This document shows positions 21,209-31,620 of a DNA stretch of 64,000 nt, piece by piece (position 1 is the stretch's first letter; each line of letters begins with the position of its first letter). The notes under the pieces are model-generated. The model saw nothing but the letters and a program-made list of their open reading frames with translations. It was not told where the DNA came from and made no database searches. Origin of the DNA: Alphaproteobacteria bacterium. GTDB taxonomy: Bacteria > Pseudomonadota > Alphaproteobacteria > CAAGCB01 > CAG-977. The stretch lies in the NCBI GenBank assembly GCA_024413465.1, contig JAKSVU010000001.1, positions 90,934-154,933 on the forward strand, given 5' to 3'. The position numbers and the translations under genes are program-made.

Positions 21209-21357
21209 TGCTATTTCCTCATAAAAAATAAAAATTTTCAATAGTATAATCAATAATAAATTGAAATACTATAAAATATTCTTACAACTTTTTTATTAAT
21301 TGAAAAAAAAAACTTGATTTTTTGATATATATACATAATATGTTCCTGTATCTGGAT

Positions 21358-21447
21358 GGATAGGTGGCAGAGCGGTTGAATGCACCGGTCTTGAAAACCG
21401 GCGACTCTTTACGGAGTTCGTGAGTTCGAATCTCACCCTATCCGCCA
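21358..21447 (+). tRNA. tRNA-Ser (anticodon TGA)
   Basis: GGATAGG/CCTATCC acceptor stem, G discriminator plus CCA; CCGGT-CTTGAAA-ACCGG anticodon arm; long variable arm; GTTCGAATC T loop. Confidence 0.97.
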
Positions 21448-21478
21448 AAAAAAACTTCCCTTTTGGGAAGTTTTTTTT
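21447..21478. terminator. Bidirectional intrinsic terminator between tRNA-Ser and parC
   Basis: A run-CTTCCC-TTTT-GGGAAG-T run. Confidence 0.85.
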
Positions 21479-21480
21479 AT

Positions 21481-23712
21481 TTAGAAATGATTTGTTTTTG
21501 GAAAACCAACAGGTGGCATTTTCCCAATTTGAGCACGATGACCAAACCAACCTGTAATATTAGTTTCTGTTCGTATTCCACCTGTACATGGATATGAAAG
21601 CCCCTCTTCTTTATTAAAAACTTTGATATCAGTCATACAAGAACCTAATGGATATTTTTGAATTAGAACACCTTGTCCTTTACTCATTTCTGGAATTTCA
21701 TTTCTATCAAAAATTAATAACTTCCTATTTTGACCAATAACAGCAACAGTATCCCCCTTACAAGGTAAACAAAATTTTGCTGAGGCATTTTCAGGTAAAA
21801 TTAAAACAACTTTTCCTGCTCTCGTTTGAGCAAGTAAATCACTTTCTTTAACAATAAATCCTTTTCCAAAATTTGAAACAACCAGCCTTTTTGATGATTC
21901 GTCGTATATAAAAGCAGTGAGTATATCATCCTCTTCTGGTAAATCTATTGATAAACGAATAGGTTCTCCAAAACCACGACCTCTAGGGATTCTATCTGCT
22001 AATAAAGTAAAGCATCTGCCATTTGTAGAAAAAAGCATAATTTTATCTGTTGTTTGCATATGCAATCCTATTTTAAAGGTATCACCTTCTTTAAATTTCA
22101 AATCGTCATTTAATGATATATGTCCCTTGATAGCACGAATCCAACCTTTTTGTGAGATGATTACAGTAATAGGCTCTTTTTCGATAAATGCATCAAGTGG
22201 AACATCAATTTCATCAACAATACCTAAAATTTTTGTTCTCCGTTTTCCTAATTCAGTTTTTTGTCCAAATTTTTTCTTCATCAAATCAATTTCAATTGAA
22301 ATTTTTTTCCATTGTAAATCTTCATTAGATAATACGTTTTGAAGTTCAATTTTTTCATTTGTTAAATCTCTTTGTTCATTCTTTATTTGTATTTCTTCAA
22401 GTTTTCGAAGAGATCTTAATTTCATATTTAATATTGCTTCAGTTTGAATTTCAGTTAAATTAAATCTAACCATTAATTCTTGAAAAACATCATCTTCTTC
22501 TCGTATAATGCGAATTACTTCATCCAAATTTAGATAAGTAATCAATAAACCATCTAGAATTTCAAGCCGATGATTAATTTTTTCCAAACGAACTTTAGAT
22601 CGATTGATTAAAATTTCTCTTCTGTGATTTAAAAAGGCAACAAGAACCTCTTTTAAAGAACGAATTCCTGGAACATGATCTTTATCAAGAACATTCATAT
22701 TCAGATTAAAATTAATTTGTAAATCTGTTGTCTTAAACAACTGACTCATAATAACTTCAGGTTCAATATTTTTATTTTTAGGTTCAATAATTAGGCGAAT
22801 AGTATCGGAGGATTCCTCTCTAATGTCTGCAACTAGAGGAAATTTTTTATCTTCAAGAAGATCTGTTAATCTCTTGTATAACTTGTCTTTTTGAACGCCA
22901 TAAGGAATCTCAGTGACTACAATTTGATAAGTTCCTCTTGGCAATTCTTCTTTTATCCAATTAGCTCGAACTTTAATTGCACCACGTCCTGTTTCGTAAA
23001 TTTTTACAAGGTTTTCGTGACTTTCTATAACAGAACCTCCTGTTGGGAAATCAGGTCCTTTAATAAATTGCATTAATTCTTGGATTGTTGCTTCAGGATT
23101 TTTTATCAGATAAAGTAAAGCATCAGAAATTTCTCCCACATTATGTGGAGGAATTTTCGTAGCCATTCCAACGGCAATTCCCTCAGCACCATTTGCTAAT
23201 AAATTGGGAAATGCACAAGGCATTACACTAGGTTCTTGATTTTCACCATCATATGTGGAATTAAAACTTACAGTTCCTTCAGAAATATCTTCCATAATAG
23301 CCATAGCAACATCTGTTAAACGAGCTTCTGTATAGCGCATTGCTGCAGGAGAATCTCCGTCTATATTTCCGAAGTTTCCTTGACCATCAACTAATGGATA
23401 TCGTACTGCAAAGTTTTGAGCAAGTCTAACCATGGCATCATATACAGAAGCATCTCCATGAGGATGATATTTACCAATGACATCTCCAACAACACGAGCA
23501 CATTTTTTGAAACCAGAAGTTGGATTCAATTTTAAATCATTCATAGCATAAAGAATTCTTCTGTGTACAGGTTTGAGACCATCTCGAACATCAGGTAATG
23601 CTCTATCAGCGATAACACTTAACGAATAAGCGAGAAAACCCTGTGACAAAATCTCTCTGAAATCTTGATTTTTAATTTTATTTTCCTCATCCATTATTTG
23701 TTCTTCAGACAT
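21481..23712 (-). CDS. parC: DNA topoisomerase IV subunit A
   Basis: [36 protein letters not shown]; short CTD with no GyrA box. Confidence 0.95.
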   Translation of the reverse strand: MSEEQIMDEENKIKNQDFREILSQGFLAYSLSVIADRALPDVRDGLKPVHRRILYAMNDLKLNPTSGFKKCARVVGDVIGKYHPHGDASVYDAMVRLAQNFAVRYPLVDGQGNFGNIDGDSPAAMRYTEARLTDVAMAIMEDISEGTVSFNSTYDGENQEPSVMPCAFPNLLANGAEGIAVGMATKIPPHNVGEISDALLYLIKNPEATIQELMQFIKGPDFPTGGSVIESHENLVKIYETGRGAIKVRANWIKEELPRGTYQIVVTEIPYGVQKDKLYKRLTDLLEDKKFPLVADIREESSDTIRLIIEPKNKNIEPEVIMSQLFKTTDLQINFNLNMNVLDKDHVPGIRSLKEVLVAFLNHRREILINRSKVRLEKINHRLEILDGLLITYLNLDEVIRIIREEDDVFQELMVRFNLTEIQTEAILNMKLRSLRKLEEIQIKNEQRDLTNEKIELQNVLSNEDLQWKKISIEIDLMKKKFGQKTELGKRRTKILGIVDEIDVPLDAFIEKEPITVIISQKGWIRAIKGHISLNDDLKFKEGDTFKIGLHMQTTDKIMLFSTNGRCFTLLADRIPRGRGFGEPIRLSIDLPEEDDILTAFIYDESSKRLVVSNFGKGFIVKESDLLAQTRAGKVVLILPENASAKFCLPCKGDTVAVIGQNRKLLIFDRNEIPEMSKGQGVLIQKYPLGSCMTDIKVFNKEEGLSYPCTGGIRTETNITGWFGHRAQIGKMPPVGFPKTNHF

Positions 23713-24433
23713 CTGTCACCTCTAAAATAGAATTAATTAGCAAATTTCTTGCATTAGGTACGGTATAGTTTAGTGTTTTTGATACATGATTTTCAAGAAA
23801 AAAACCTGTTAAGTATAGAGCTTTTTTTATTTCAAACAAAGAGGGATTTATTTTTTTATCAATTAAAAAAGATGGTAGCTCTAATAATTTATTTTTCCAA
23901 GGAAGAGCTGCGTTTTTAGAAATAGCTCGACCACTTTTAGGAGAAACAAATTCTAAATTTTCAACTGTTTCTGTAAAAGCACACTTAGAAAAATCAAGCC
24001 CAAAACCCAATGCGAATAAAAAATCTAATTCCCAAAAAGAATATTCTTTTAAAAAGTTTTTATCAGTTAAAGATGTAAACAGAAATTTTGTTTTTAGATA
24101 AAAATTCGTATTTACTTCTTTTTCTGGTAATAAGGATAAGAGTGAACATACTGAATTTATTACATTTAATCGAATTAAATCATTAAAAATTTTATTTGAA
24201 TAATTTTGAAATAAACTACATCTAATATTTCCTACGGAATTATCAGATTTTGCATAATAATAAATATGTAACAAATTTCCTTTTTGAAAGGTAGATAAAT
24301 TTTTTTTTGTAAAACATTCTTTGCAAAAAGATTTTACATACCCATGATTTTTAGAAAAAAAAGAAACAACTCCATCAAAATCAGAATATTTTATTTTATC
24401 CAATAAAATGCCTTCATCGTCCCATTCAGACAT
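23705..24433 (-). CDS. recO: DNA repair protein RecO
   Basis: [10 protein letters not shown]-terminus; [11 protein letters not shown]...[10 protein letters not shown]; downstream of era. Confidence 0.9.
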   Translation of the reverse strand: MSEWDDEGILLDKIKYSDFDGVVSFFSKNHGYVKSFCKECFTKKNLSTFQKGNLLHIYYYAKSDNSVGNIRCSLFQNYSNKIFNDLIRLNVINSVCSLLSLLPEKEVNTNFYLKTKFLFTSLTDKNFLKEYSFWELDFLFALGFGLDFSKCAFTETVENLEFVSPKSGRAISKNAALPWKNKLLELPSFLIDKKINPSLFEIKKALYLTGFFLENHVSKTLNYTVPNARNLLINSILEVTDV

Positions 24434-25310
24434 TAAAATTAAGCCCCCAAGAATGATATAACTCTGGATTCTCGTTCCAATTTTCTTTGACTTTTACGAA
24501 AACAAAAAGATGTATAGTGCAATCAAAAATCTTAGACAATTCAATTCGAGATTGAATACCTATTTTTTTTACCATTTCTCCATTTTTTCCCAAGACGATT
24601 TTCTTTTGATTTTCTTTTTCAACAAATATAGTTTGTTCTATTCTTACAGAATTATTTTTTAATTCTTGCCATGAATCTGTATTTACGGCGACAACGTATG
24701 GTAATTCATCCTTTAAATTATAAAATAATTTTTCTCTTGTTATTTCTGCTGCTAATAATTTATTTGGTAAATCTGAAATTTGATCTTCTGGATAAAGAAA
24801 AGGTCCTTCAGGAATTTTTGAAAAAAGCCATTGTTGAAAAATATTTAATCCTTCTTTCGTAAAAGCAGAAAGAGCAAATATATCTTCAAAAGGTTGAATT
24901 TCTTTTATTTTACTAATTAACTCAGCTACTCTAGTTTTTTTTACTAAATCTATTTTGTTTAAAATTATTGCAACATTTTTATTTTTAATTGTTTTTAAAA
25001 TAGAAAATGTATCATCATCAATTCCTCGTTTTGAATCAATAACAACAATTCCTAAATCAGAATATTCTAATTCCTCCCACGCAACACTTACCATTGCCTT
25101 TTCTAGTCTTTTTTTTGGTTTAAAAATCCCGGGTGTATCAACTAAAATTACTTCACTATCATTTTGAATAGCAATTCCACGTACTCTAAAACGAGTAGTT
25201 TGAACTCTTGGGGATACAATCGAAACTTTTGCTCCAACTAGAGCATTAATTAAAGTAGATTTTCCTACATTTGATGAACCAATTAAAGTTGCAAAGCCAC
25301 ATTTAGTCAT
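24426..25310 (-). CDS. era: GTPase Era
   Basis: GSSNVGKSTL, QTTR, DTPG, NKID, KH domain; start is the ATG overlapping the rnc stop. Confidence 0.96.
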   Translation of the reverse strand: MTKCGFATLIGSSNVGKSTLINALVGAKVSIVSPRVQTTRFRVRGIAIQNDSEVILVDTPGIFKPKKRLEKAMVSVAWEELEYSDLGIVVIDSKRGIDDDTFSILKTIKNKNVAIILNKIDLVKKTRVAELISKIKEIQPFEDIFALSAFTKEGLNIFQQWLFSKIPEGPFLYPEDQISDLPNKLLAAEITREKLFYNLKDELPYVVAVNTDSWQELKNNSVRIEQTIFVEKENQKKIVLGKNGEMVKKIGIQSRIELSKIFDCTIHLFVFVKVKENWNENPELYHSWGLNFNV

Positions 25311-25969
25311 TTTTTTTTGATTTCCCAAACCATCTTTTCTGCTGCTTTTTGAGAAGCTTCTTTTTTTGATTTTCCTTCGGCAATACAACTACAAAAGCCC
25401 TTCACATTTACTTGCATTTTAAAAATTGGATTATGATCTGGACCGATTCTTTCAAGCTCTACATAAACAGGTAGAGGAAGTTTTTTAGCTTGAACAATTT
25501 CCTGTAATTTTGTTTTACTATCTACTGGTGGTTTTATTTGAGAATCAATAAATGGCATCCATAAGGAACGAATAATTTTTTCTGCTGTTTCAAAATTTGA
25601 GTCAATGTATACTGCAGCAATTAAAGCCTCACATAAATCAGACAAAACAGAATCTGTTAAATTTATAAATTTTTCATTGTGAGCACAAAAAACATATTTT
25701 TCAATATGAAGCTGTTTCGCTATAATAGCAAGCGTTTCTGCTTTTGTTAATTCGGCAAAACGTCTAGCTAAACTCCCTTCTTCTTCTTCAAATTTTTCAA
25801 ATAAAATAGAGGCTATTGTTAAACCTAAAACTCTATCTCCTAAAAATTCAAGACGTTCATATCCCTTAAAATGATCACCAAAGCCAAGTGTCAAAGCATT
25901 TTTTAAAATCTCTTTGTTTCTAAAATTGTAATTTAATTTATCAAATAACTCTAAAAAATTGGAATTCAT
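25307..25969 (-). CDS. rnc: Ribonuclease III
   Basis: ERLEFLGDRVL signature; C-terminal dsRBD (KTKLQE...GPDH). Confidence 0.95.
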   Translation of the reverse strand: MNSNFLELFDKLNYNFRNKEILKNALTLGFGDHFKGYERLEFLGDRVLGLTIASILFEKFEEEEGSLARRFAELTKAETLAIIAKQLHIEKYVFCAHNEKFINLTDSVLSDLCEALIAAVYIDSNFETAEKIIRSLWMPFIDSQIKPPVDSKTKLQEIVQAKKLPLPVYVELERIGPDHNPIFKMQVNVKGFCSCIAEGKSKKEASQKAAEKMVWEIKKK

Positions 25970-25972
25970 TAT

Positions 25973-26707
25973 CTACTTAATTCCATTAAACAATCTAGAC
26001 CAACGCACAGCTAATGGCCATTTCCAAAATTGCCACCAAGCAGCACTATCATCATGTGAAAAAAATAAAAATTTAGCTTTACCCATTAAATTATTTTTAG
26101 GAACAAAACCAACCTGGATAAAACGACTATCTTGAGAATTATCTCGATTATCTCCCATCATAAAAAAATGATCTTCAGGAACTGTAAACTCCTCAGTATT
26201 ATCACTTGGAGAAGAATCAGATACTTCTATAATCGTATGTTCTTTGCCATTAGGCAAAATTTCGTTATATTTAGAATAGCGGACAGCATTACCATAACGA
26301 TCTCTCATGACAAATTCTTCTAAAAATTGACGTTGTATAAGTTTCTGATTGATATATAGACGACCTTCTTTTAATTGGATTTTATCACCAGGTAATCCGA
26401 TAACTCTTTTTATGTAATCTGTTTTATTATCAGAAGGAAGTTTGAATACGATAACATCTCCATATTCAGGATTTGTATAAAATAGTCTATTTTTTATTAA
26501 AGGCATACTCAATGGTAATGAATGTTTGCTATATCCATATGACATCTTCGAAACAAATAAATAGTCTCCAACTAATAGGGATGGTATCATTGATCCAGAA
26601 GGAATACTAAATGGTTCTGCAACAAAAGACCTGAAAATCAGTGCAATAACAATTGCATAAAAAACTGACTTAAAATTATCCCAAAAACTTTTTTTTGTTT
26701 CTTCCAT
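25973..26707 (-). CDS. lepB: Signal peptidase I
   Basis: IPSGSMIP, YIKRVIGLPGD, GDNRDNSQDSR. Confidence 0.97.
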   Translation of the reverse strand: MEETKKSFWDNFKSVFYAIVIALIFRSFVAEPFSIPSGSMIPSLLVGDYLFVSKMSYGYSKHSLPLSMPLIKNRLFYTNPEYGDVIVFKLPSDNKTDYIKRVIGLPGDKIQLKEGRLYINQKLIQRQFLEEFVMRDRYGNAVRYSKYNEILPNGKEHTIIEVSDSSPSDNTEEFTVPEDHFFMMGDNRDNSQDSRFIQVGFVPKNNLMGKAKFLFFSHDDSAAWWQFWKWPLAVRWSRLFNGIK

Positions 26708-26721
26708 AATTCAATCCTTGT

Positions 26722-28872
26722 TTAATCTTGAGATCTTCTAACACTGTTTATTCCTGAACTTGCGCGAAGCGCCATCATGATATCTCTTAAATGTTCAACG
26801 TCCTGAACTTCGATATCAACAGCTAATTCAAAAAAACTAACAGTTCTCTCTAGAATATTTAAATTTGAAATATTACCATGATTTTTTGCAATAACATTTG
26901 ATAAAGTCGCTAAACTACCAGGTCTGTTTTCTAGAACTATACGCAATCTAGAAATATGCGTTTCTTGATTGGAGGAATCTTCATTCCAAGAAACGTCTAA
27001 CCATCTTTCCGGTTCTGATGAAAATTTTTCTAAAGTTGAACAATCAATTCGATGAATTGTTACCCCCTTACCTGTCGTAACGATACCGACGATTCTATCA
27101 CCAGGAAGAGGTCGACAACATTTTGCAAAATTTATAGCCATACCTGGAATTAGACCATTTATTGGACTTTGCTTCTTATTGTCTGACTTATCACCAATCC
27201 GTTTTGCACTACGTTTAATCGCATCAACAACTTTAACAAATTTTGATTTGTGGTCGGGAAAAATAATATCCAATATATCAGATACAAGAATAAGACCTTC
27301 GCCAACTGCAGCAACTAAATCTTCGACAGAGGACTGCTTAAAATTTGCCAAGACGTTTTCTAATAATTTATCGTTATATTCAAAGCCATCAGCTTTAAAT
27401 GCTTTCTGTAGTATTTGTTCACCAATTTCTAAATATTGTTCTCTCTTTTGAGCTCGGACAAAACGTCTAATGGCAGCTTTTGCCTTTCCAGTAATAACAA
27501 AACGTTCCCATTCTGGAGAAGGAGTTTGTGTCTTTGAAGTTAAAATTTCGACCTGATCACCATTTGTTAATTCAGATCGTAAAGGTTTTATTTTACCATT
27601 TATTTTGACTCCGACACATCTATTCCCTAAGCCAGAATGAACGGCATAAGCAAAATCAACAGCGGTGGCTCCTTTAGGTAGAGGGATAACATCCCCTTTT
27701 GGAGAAAAACAAAAAACTTGATCTTGAAACATTTCTAGTTTGGTATGTTCAAGAAATTCTTCAGAATTTGATGATTGATCCATTAAATCAAGTAAATCTC
27801 TTACCCAAGGAAACTGGTGTCCATCTGTACTATAGTCTCCTTGTTTATATCTCCAATGCGCCGCAAGACCAATTTCAGCAACATCATGCATTTCTTTAGT
27901 TCTAATTTGTATTTCGATTCTATGTTTTTCTGGACCAATAACACCAGTATGAAGCGATTTATAACCATTGGGCTTCGGAGTAGATATATAATCTTTATAT
28001 CTGCCTGGAACCATAGAATATTTAGTATGAATTACACCTAAAACATGGTAACAATCAGCAACAGAGGGAACAATAACACGAAAAGCCATAATATCACATA
28101 ATTGTTCAAAAGTTGAGTTTTGCCTCTGCATCTTTCTAAAAATAGAGTACGGAGATTTTTCTCGTCCAGTTACTTCAATTTCTAGTCCTTCATTTTTGAG
28201 ATCATCTTTTAATTGATTAATGATTCTACTAACTAAATCTCCACCTTGTTCTCTCAAAAAGGATAATCGTGCACAAATAGAAGAATATGCTTCTGGATAC
28301 AGTTCTCTGAAAGAAAGTTCTTCAAGTTCATTCTTCATTTCTTGCATTCCAATTCTCTCGGCAAGAGGAGCATATATTTCTAATGTTTCTTTAGCGATTC
28401 TTTTTCGCTTTTCTTCTTTTTTATGGAACTTTAAAGTTCTCATATTATGAACACGGTCTGCTAATTTGACTAACAAAACTCTAATATCTTCGGATATTGC
28501 AAGTAGTAATTTTCTAAAATTTTCAGCTTGTTTTGTTTTGTCTGATTGCAATTGCAATTTATTTAATTTTGTGACACCCTCAACGAGTTCAGCAATTTCA
28601 TCACCAAACATAATCTTTATATCTTCAATTGATGCTGCTGTATCTTCTACAGTATCATGAAGTAAAGCGGTAATAATCGAAGCAGAATCAAGTTTGTATT
28701 CTGTTAAGATGCCTGCAACCTCAACAGGATGAGAATAATACGGATCACCAGAAGCTCTTGTTTGAGCTCCATGCATTTTTACAGCAAAGACATAAGCCCG
28801 ATCCAAAGCTTCTTCATCAACATTTGGATCGTATGAACGGACTTTTTCAACTAATTCAAATTGTCGAAGCAT
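26722..28872 (-). CDS. spoT: Bifunctional (p)ppGpp synthetase/hydrolase (RSH)
   Basis: HD motif LLHDTVED; synthetase motifs KDYISTPKPNGY and EIQIRT; TGS and ACT domains; downstream of rpoZ. Confidence 0.96.
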   Translation of the reverse strand: MLRQFELVEKVRSYDPNVDEEALDRAYVFAVKMHGAQTRASGDPYYSHPVEVAGILTEYKLDSASIITALLHDTVEDTAASIEDIKIMFGDEIAELVEGVTKLNKLQLQSDKTKQAENFRKLLLAISEDIRVLLVKLADRVHNMRTLKFHKKEEKRKRIAKETLEIYAPLAERIGMQEMKNELEELSFRELYPEAYSSICARLSFLREQGGDLVSRIINQLKDDLKNEGLEIEVTGREKSPYSIFRKMQRQNSTFEQLCDIMAFRVIVPSVADCYHVLGVIHTKYSMVPGRYKDYISTPKPNGYKSLHTGVIGPEKHRIEIQIRTKEMHDVAEIGLAAHWRYKQGDYSTDGHQFPWVRDLLDLMDQSSNSEEFLEHTKLEMFQDQVFCFSPKGDVIPLPKGATAVDFAYAVHSGLGNRCVGVKINGKIKPLRSELTNGDQVEILTSKTQTPSPEWERFVITGKAKAAIRRFVRAQKREQYLEIGEQILQKAFKADGFEYNDKLLENVLANFKQSSVEDLVAAVGEGLILVSDILDIIFPDHKSKFVKVVDAIKRSAKRIGDKSDNKKQSPINGLIPGMAINFAKCCRPLPGDRIVGIVTTGKGVTIHRIDCSTLEKFSSEPERWLDVSWNEDSSNQETHISRLRIVLENRPGSLATLSNVIAKNHGNISNLNILERTVSFFELAVDIEVQDVEHLRDIMMALRASSGINSVRRSQD

Positions 28873-28880
28873 ATCCTAAA

Positions 28881-29285
28881 TTATTCATCAATAGAAATAG
28901 TGTCAGAAGGATTTTCTACTTGTGTAAAACCATCATTTTCTGAGAATTCAGATGAATTTGCTATATTTTCGCTATCTAAAGATGCTAATTCTTCATCTTC
29001 TACATCTTCAGTTTCTTTAGTTTCAATTACTTCATTTGTTACCTGAACTTTGCCGATCATTTTATCAGTCAGTTCTTCAAAATCGAGGAGAGCCCCATCG
29101 GTTTTAGCAATTTCACGCAAAGCAACAACTGTAGGTTTATCATTCCATTTTCTACCATCTGGACGTGAAGATACAACAGCTTCAGCACCTTCAATCAAGT
29201 TTTTAGCTCTTTCTGCATTTATAAGAGTTAATTCATATCTATTTGGGATTTTTAAAATACAATCTTCAACAGTTACACGGGCCAT
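28881..29285 (-). CDS. rpoZ: RNA polymerase omega subunit
   Basis: MARVTVEDC...NRYEL...VVALREIA with acidic tail (alphaproteobacterial type). Confidence 0.95.
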   Translation of the reverse strand: MARVTVEDCILKIPNRYELTLINAERAKNLIEGAEAVVSSRPDGRKWNDKPTVVALREIAKTDGALLDFEELTDKMIGKVQVTNEVIETKETEDVEDEELASLDSENIANSSEFSENDGFTQVENPSDTISIDE

Positions 29286-29442
29286 TTTTTTTCTTTCAAA
29301 ATAAAGTTAACAGATAAAATAATTAGAAAAATATAACAACTTTTCACCTTAAAAATCAAGGAGCTTTTAAATTTTTATACCAAAAATTAATAAAATAATT
29401 TAGAATTTTTCAATGTTAACTAATTTAACCTCGAGAAGAATT

Positions 29443-30096
29443 ATGATTGAAAATTTTGAATTATTATCGAAAAAATGCGAAAAATGTTCTAGATTATGCT
29501 CTTTTTTGGAAACAAACAGAAAAAATTTCCCCGATTATTTTAATAATCCAGTTCCATCTTTTGGAGAAATAGATTCAGAATTCCTTATAGTAGGACTAGC
29601 TCCAGGCTTAAATGGAGCAAACAAAACAGGTCGCCCTTTTACAGGAGACTATGCTGGAGATATTTTGTATAATGTTCTTACAAAGCAGGGTTTTACTAAA
29701 GGGACATATTTAGCAAAAAAAGATGATAATTTTAGCTTAATTAATACAAGAATAACAAATGCAGTTAGATGTGTCCCACCTGAAAATAAACCTACAGGAG
29801 AAGAAATAAAAAATTGCAATAATTATTTAAAAAAAGAAATTGAGAACATGTGTAACCTAAAAGTAATTCTTGTATTAGGCCGAATTGCGCATGAAGCTGT
29901 ATTACGAGCTTTAGAACAATCAACTAGTAAATTTAAATTTGAACATGGAAATATACATTTGATAAATATTAATTCAAAAAAAACAATCTTACTTGTAGAT
30001 AGCTATCATACATCTCGCTATAACATTAACACAAAACGTTTAACATTGGATATGTTTGAACAAATTGTTCTGCAAATAAAGGAAAAACTTAAATAA
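29443..30096 (+). CDS. Uracil-DNA glycosylase (family 5, UdgB-like)
   Basis: CxxCxxL, GLAPGLNGANKTGRPFTGD, NAVRCVPP, YHTSRYN. Confidence 0.9.
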   Translation: MIENFELLSKKCEKCSRLCSFLETNRKNFPDYFNNPVPSFGEIDSEFLIVGLAPGLNGANKTGRPFTGDYAGDILYNVLTKQGFTKGTYLAKKDDNFSLINTRITNAVRCVPPENKPTGEEIKNCNNYLKKEIENMCNLKVILVLGRIAHEAVLRALEQSTSKFKFEHGNIHLININSKKTILLVDSYHTSRYNINTKRLTLDMFEQIVLQIKEKLK

Positions 30097-30097
30097 A

Positions 30098-30931
30098 TTA
30101 TCTTCCTGAACTAATGAGAGAAGTAATAATATCATTTAATTTAGGTTTTGAACCAACTTCAGAAGCCTTTTGTTTAGCTTCAAGTTTTGCTTTATCGAAA
30201 TCACTTTTTTCATGAATAGGCTTACCAGAACCTCTTGTCATTGGCATTCCAGTATCCCCTGCAAAATATGTAGCAACTGTAGCTCCCAAAACAAGAGCAT
30301 CGTTCCTCACTTCTTTAGTATTACCTTTTCCAATTACAAGTCTACCAATAGACTCTGCTAAATGTGTAGCTTCTGGTAAAGCAAGTAGAGATGCTTTTCC
30401 TACACGAATTCCATCTACAACAGCTTGAGCGCCTAAAGAATTAGCTATACAGTTAGCAATACTTAAAGAACCTGAAGTTAATGTAAAACGAGCTTCATTC
30501 TTATGATCTTTTATATACTGTAAAATGCTAGTTGTTTCATTTTTTTGCTTAGCTTCATAAGCTGGCTTGAGAACTGAATACAATTTTTCCCCTGTTTTGT
30601 ACGCACACATAGCAATAGCACCAGGGATTCCGAATAATTGAGCAGCAAGAATAGTTCGAGTCCCATTTTTTATAGAATCTCTCAATTTTTTGTAAGGCCC
30701 GCCCCACTCGCTACGCTCAGCTTTTCGATTAAAAGCCTTTAATTTTGTATCTAATTTTCGTAAAAAAGGAATTGAATGTATGAATTTATCCTTTTTCTGC
30801 TCTACACGAGTACTGACAGCATACATTGCTCCCGCAACTGTTGACAATAATAAATCAGCTGTATTTCTATGGACAACCACCTTTTTGGATGTTTGTTCGG
30901 TCTGTCCAGTTGTTTTATTGACTATTTCCAT
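30098..30931 (-). CDS. Hypothetical protein with hydrophobic Gly/Ala-rich segments and C-terminal ...SSGR
   Basis: 277-aa ORF translationally coupled (TAATG) to the upstream ORF; no family recognised. Confidence 0.75.
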   Translation of the reverse strand: MEIVNKTTGQTEQTSKKVVVHRNTADLLLSTVAGAMYAVSTRVEQKKDKFIHSIPFLRKLDTKLKAFNRKAERSEWGGPYKKLRDSIKNGTRTILAAQLFGIPGAIAMCAYKTGEKLYSVLKPAYEAKQKNETTSILQYIKDHKNEARFTLTSGSLSIANCIANSLGAQAVVDGIRVGKASLLALPEATHLAESIGRLVIGKGNTKEVRNDALVLGATVATYFAGDTGMPMTRGSGKPIHEKSDFDKAKLEAKQKASEVGSKPKLNDIITSLISSGR

Positions 30932-31596
30932 TATTCAATTGCTTCCAAAAATTTATCGATTTCCTTTTCCATACTTTCTCCACTAAAATTTGAACTCCCT
31001 AATTCTAGCATCAACAAAGATACTATTAACTTTTCAAATTCTGCTTTTAGTGTTGAATAGTACAACTCTGATTCTATTCTATACAAATTTAGACACAAAC
31101 GCAAGTATGTTTTTACTTTTGCTGAAAATTCAATCTTTTCTTTTAACTCATTGATATCTAATAAATTTTCGTTCTCATCTCTAAAATCTATAACATCAAA
31201 TACTTTTTTTATTTGTCTAAAATCTGGACGCTCTAGTGAAAAATTTTCCTCAAAATAATTGATGTCAGTTAAATTTTGTTCAATTTGTTCTTCAGAAATT
31301 TCTTCTTTCGAATCCAATCCGTAATCTTCGTCAAATTTTTTTAAAATAGGGATAAGTTTTACTTCAGCTTTTTTTAATAATATTTTTAAATCTGTATTTG
31401 ACGTTTCATTAAAAACTCTTAATAGATTAAAAAAATACGGAGAAGCTTCTGTATCGACATAACAATTTTTTGTTAAAAATAAATCTACTCTTTTGGCAAC
31501 TTCATTCTCTAACATAGAAATATCATTTATGTTATTTTCTATTTTTGATTTTTGATACAATGAGAGTAACTCATCTTCGCTACAATCGCTATACAT
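30931..31596 (-). CDS. Hypothetical acidic helical protein
   Basis: 221-aa ORF with GGAGG RBS; no family recognised. Confidence 0.7.
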   Translation of the reverse strand: MYSDCSEDELLSLYQKSKIENNINDISMLENEVAKRVDLFLTKNCYVDTEASPYFFNLLRVFNETSNTDLKILLKKAEVKLIPILKKFDEDYGLDSKEEISEEQIEQNLTDINYFEENFSLERPDFRQIKKVFDVIDFRDENENLLDINELKEKIEFSAKVKTYLRLCLNLYRIESELYYSTLKAEFEKLIVSLLMLELGSSNFSGESMEKEIDKFLEAIE

Positions 31597-31620
31597 AGTG
31601 ATCCTCCGAAAAAAAATTAA

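Noticed and set aside
21358-21480. tRNA-Ser as the att site of an integrated element
   Set aside because: The 3' end runs straight into a terminator and parC; no integrase or duplicated tRNA end was seen
21296-21550. 84-aa minus-strand ORF
   Set aside because: Antisense to tRNA-Ser and overlaps the parC end; a shadow ORF
25311-25388. Extended N-terminus of Era; similar over-long starts for glgE, mak, glgB, recG, mfd and rpiB
   Set aside because: Downstream ATGs have an RBS or stop-start coupling and match family N-termini
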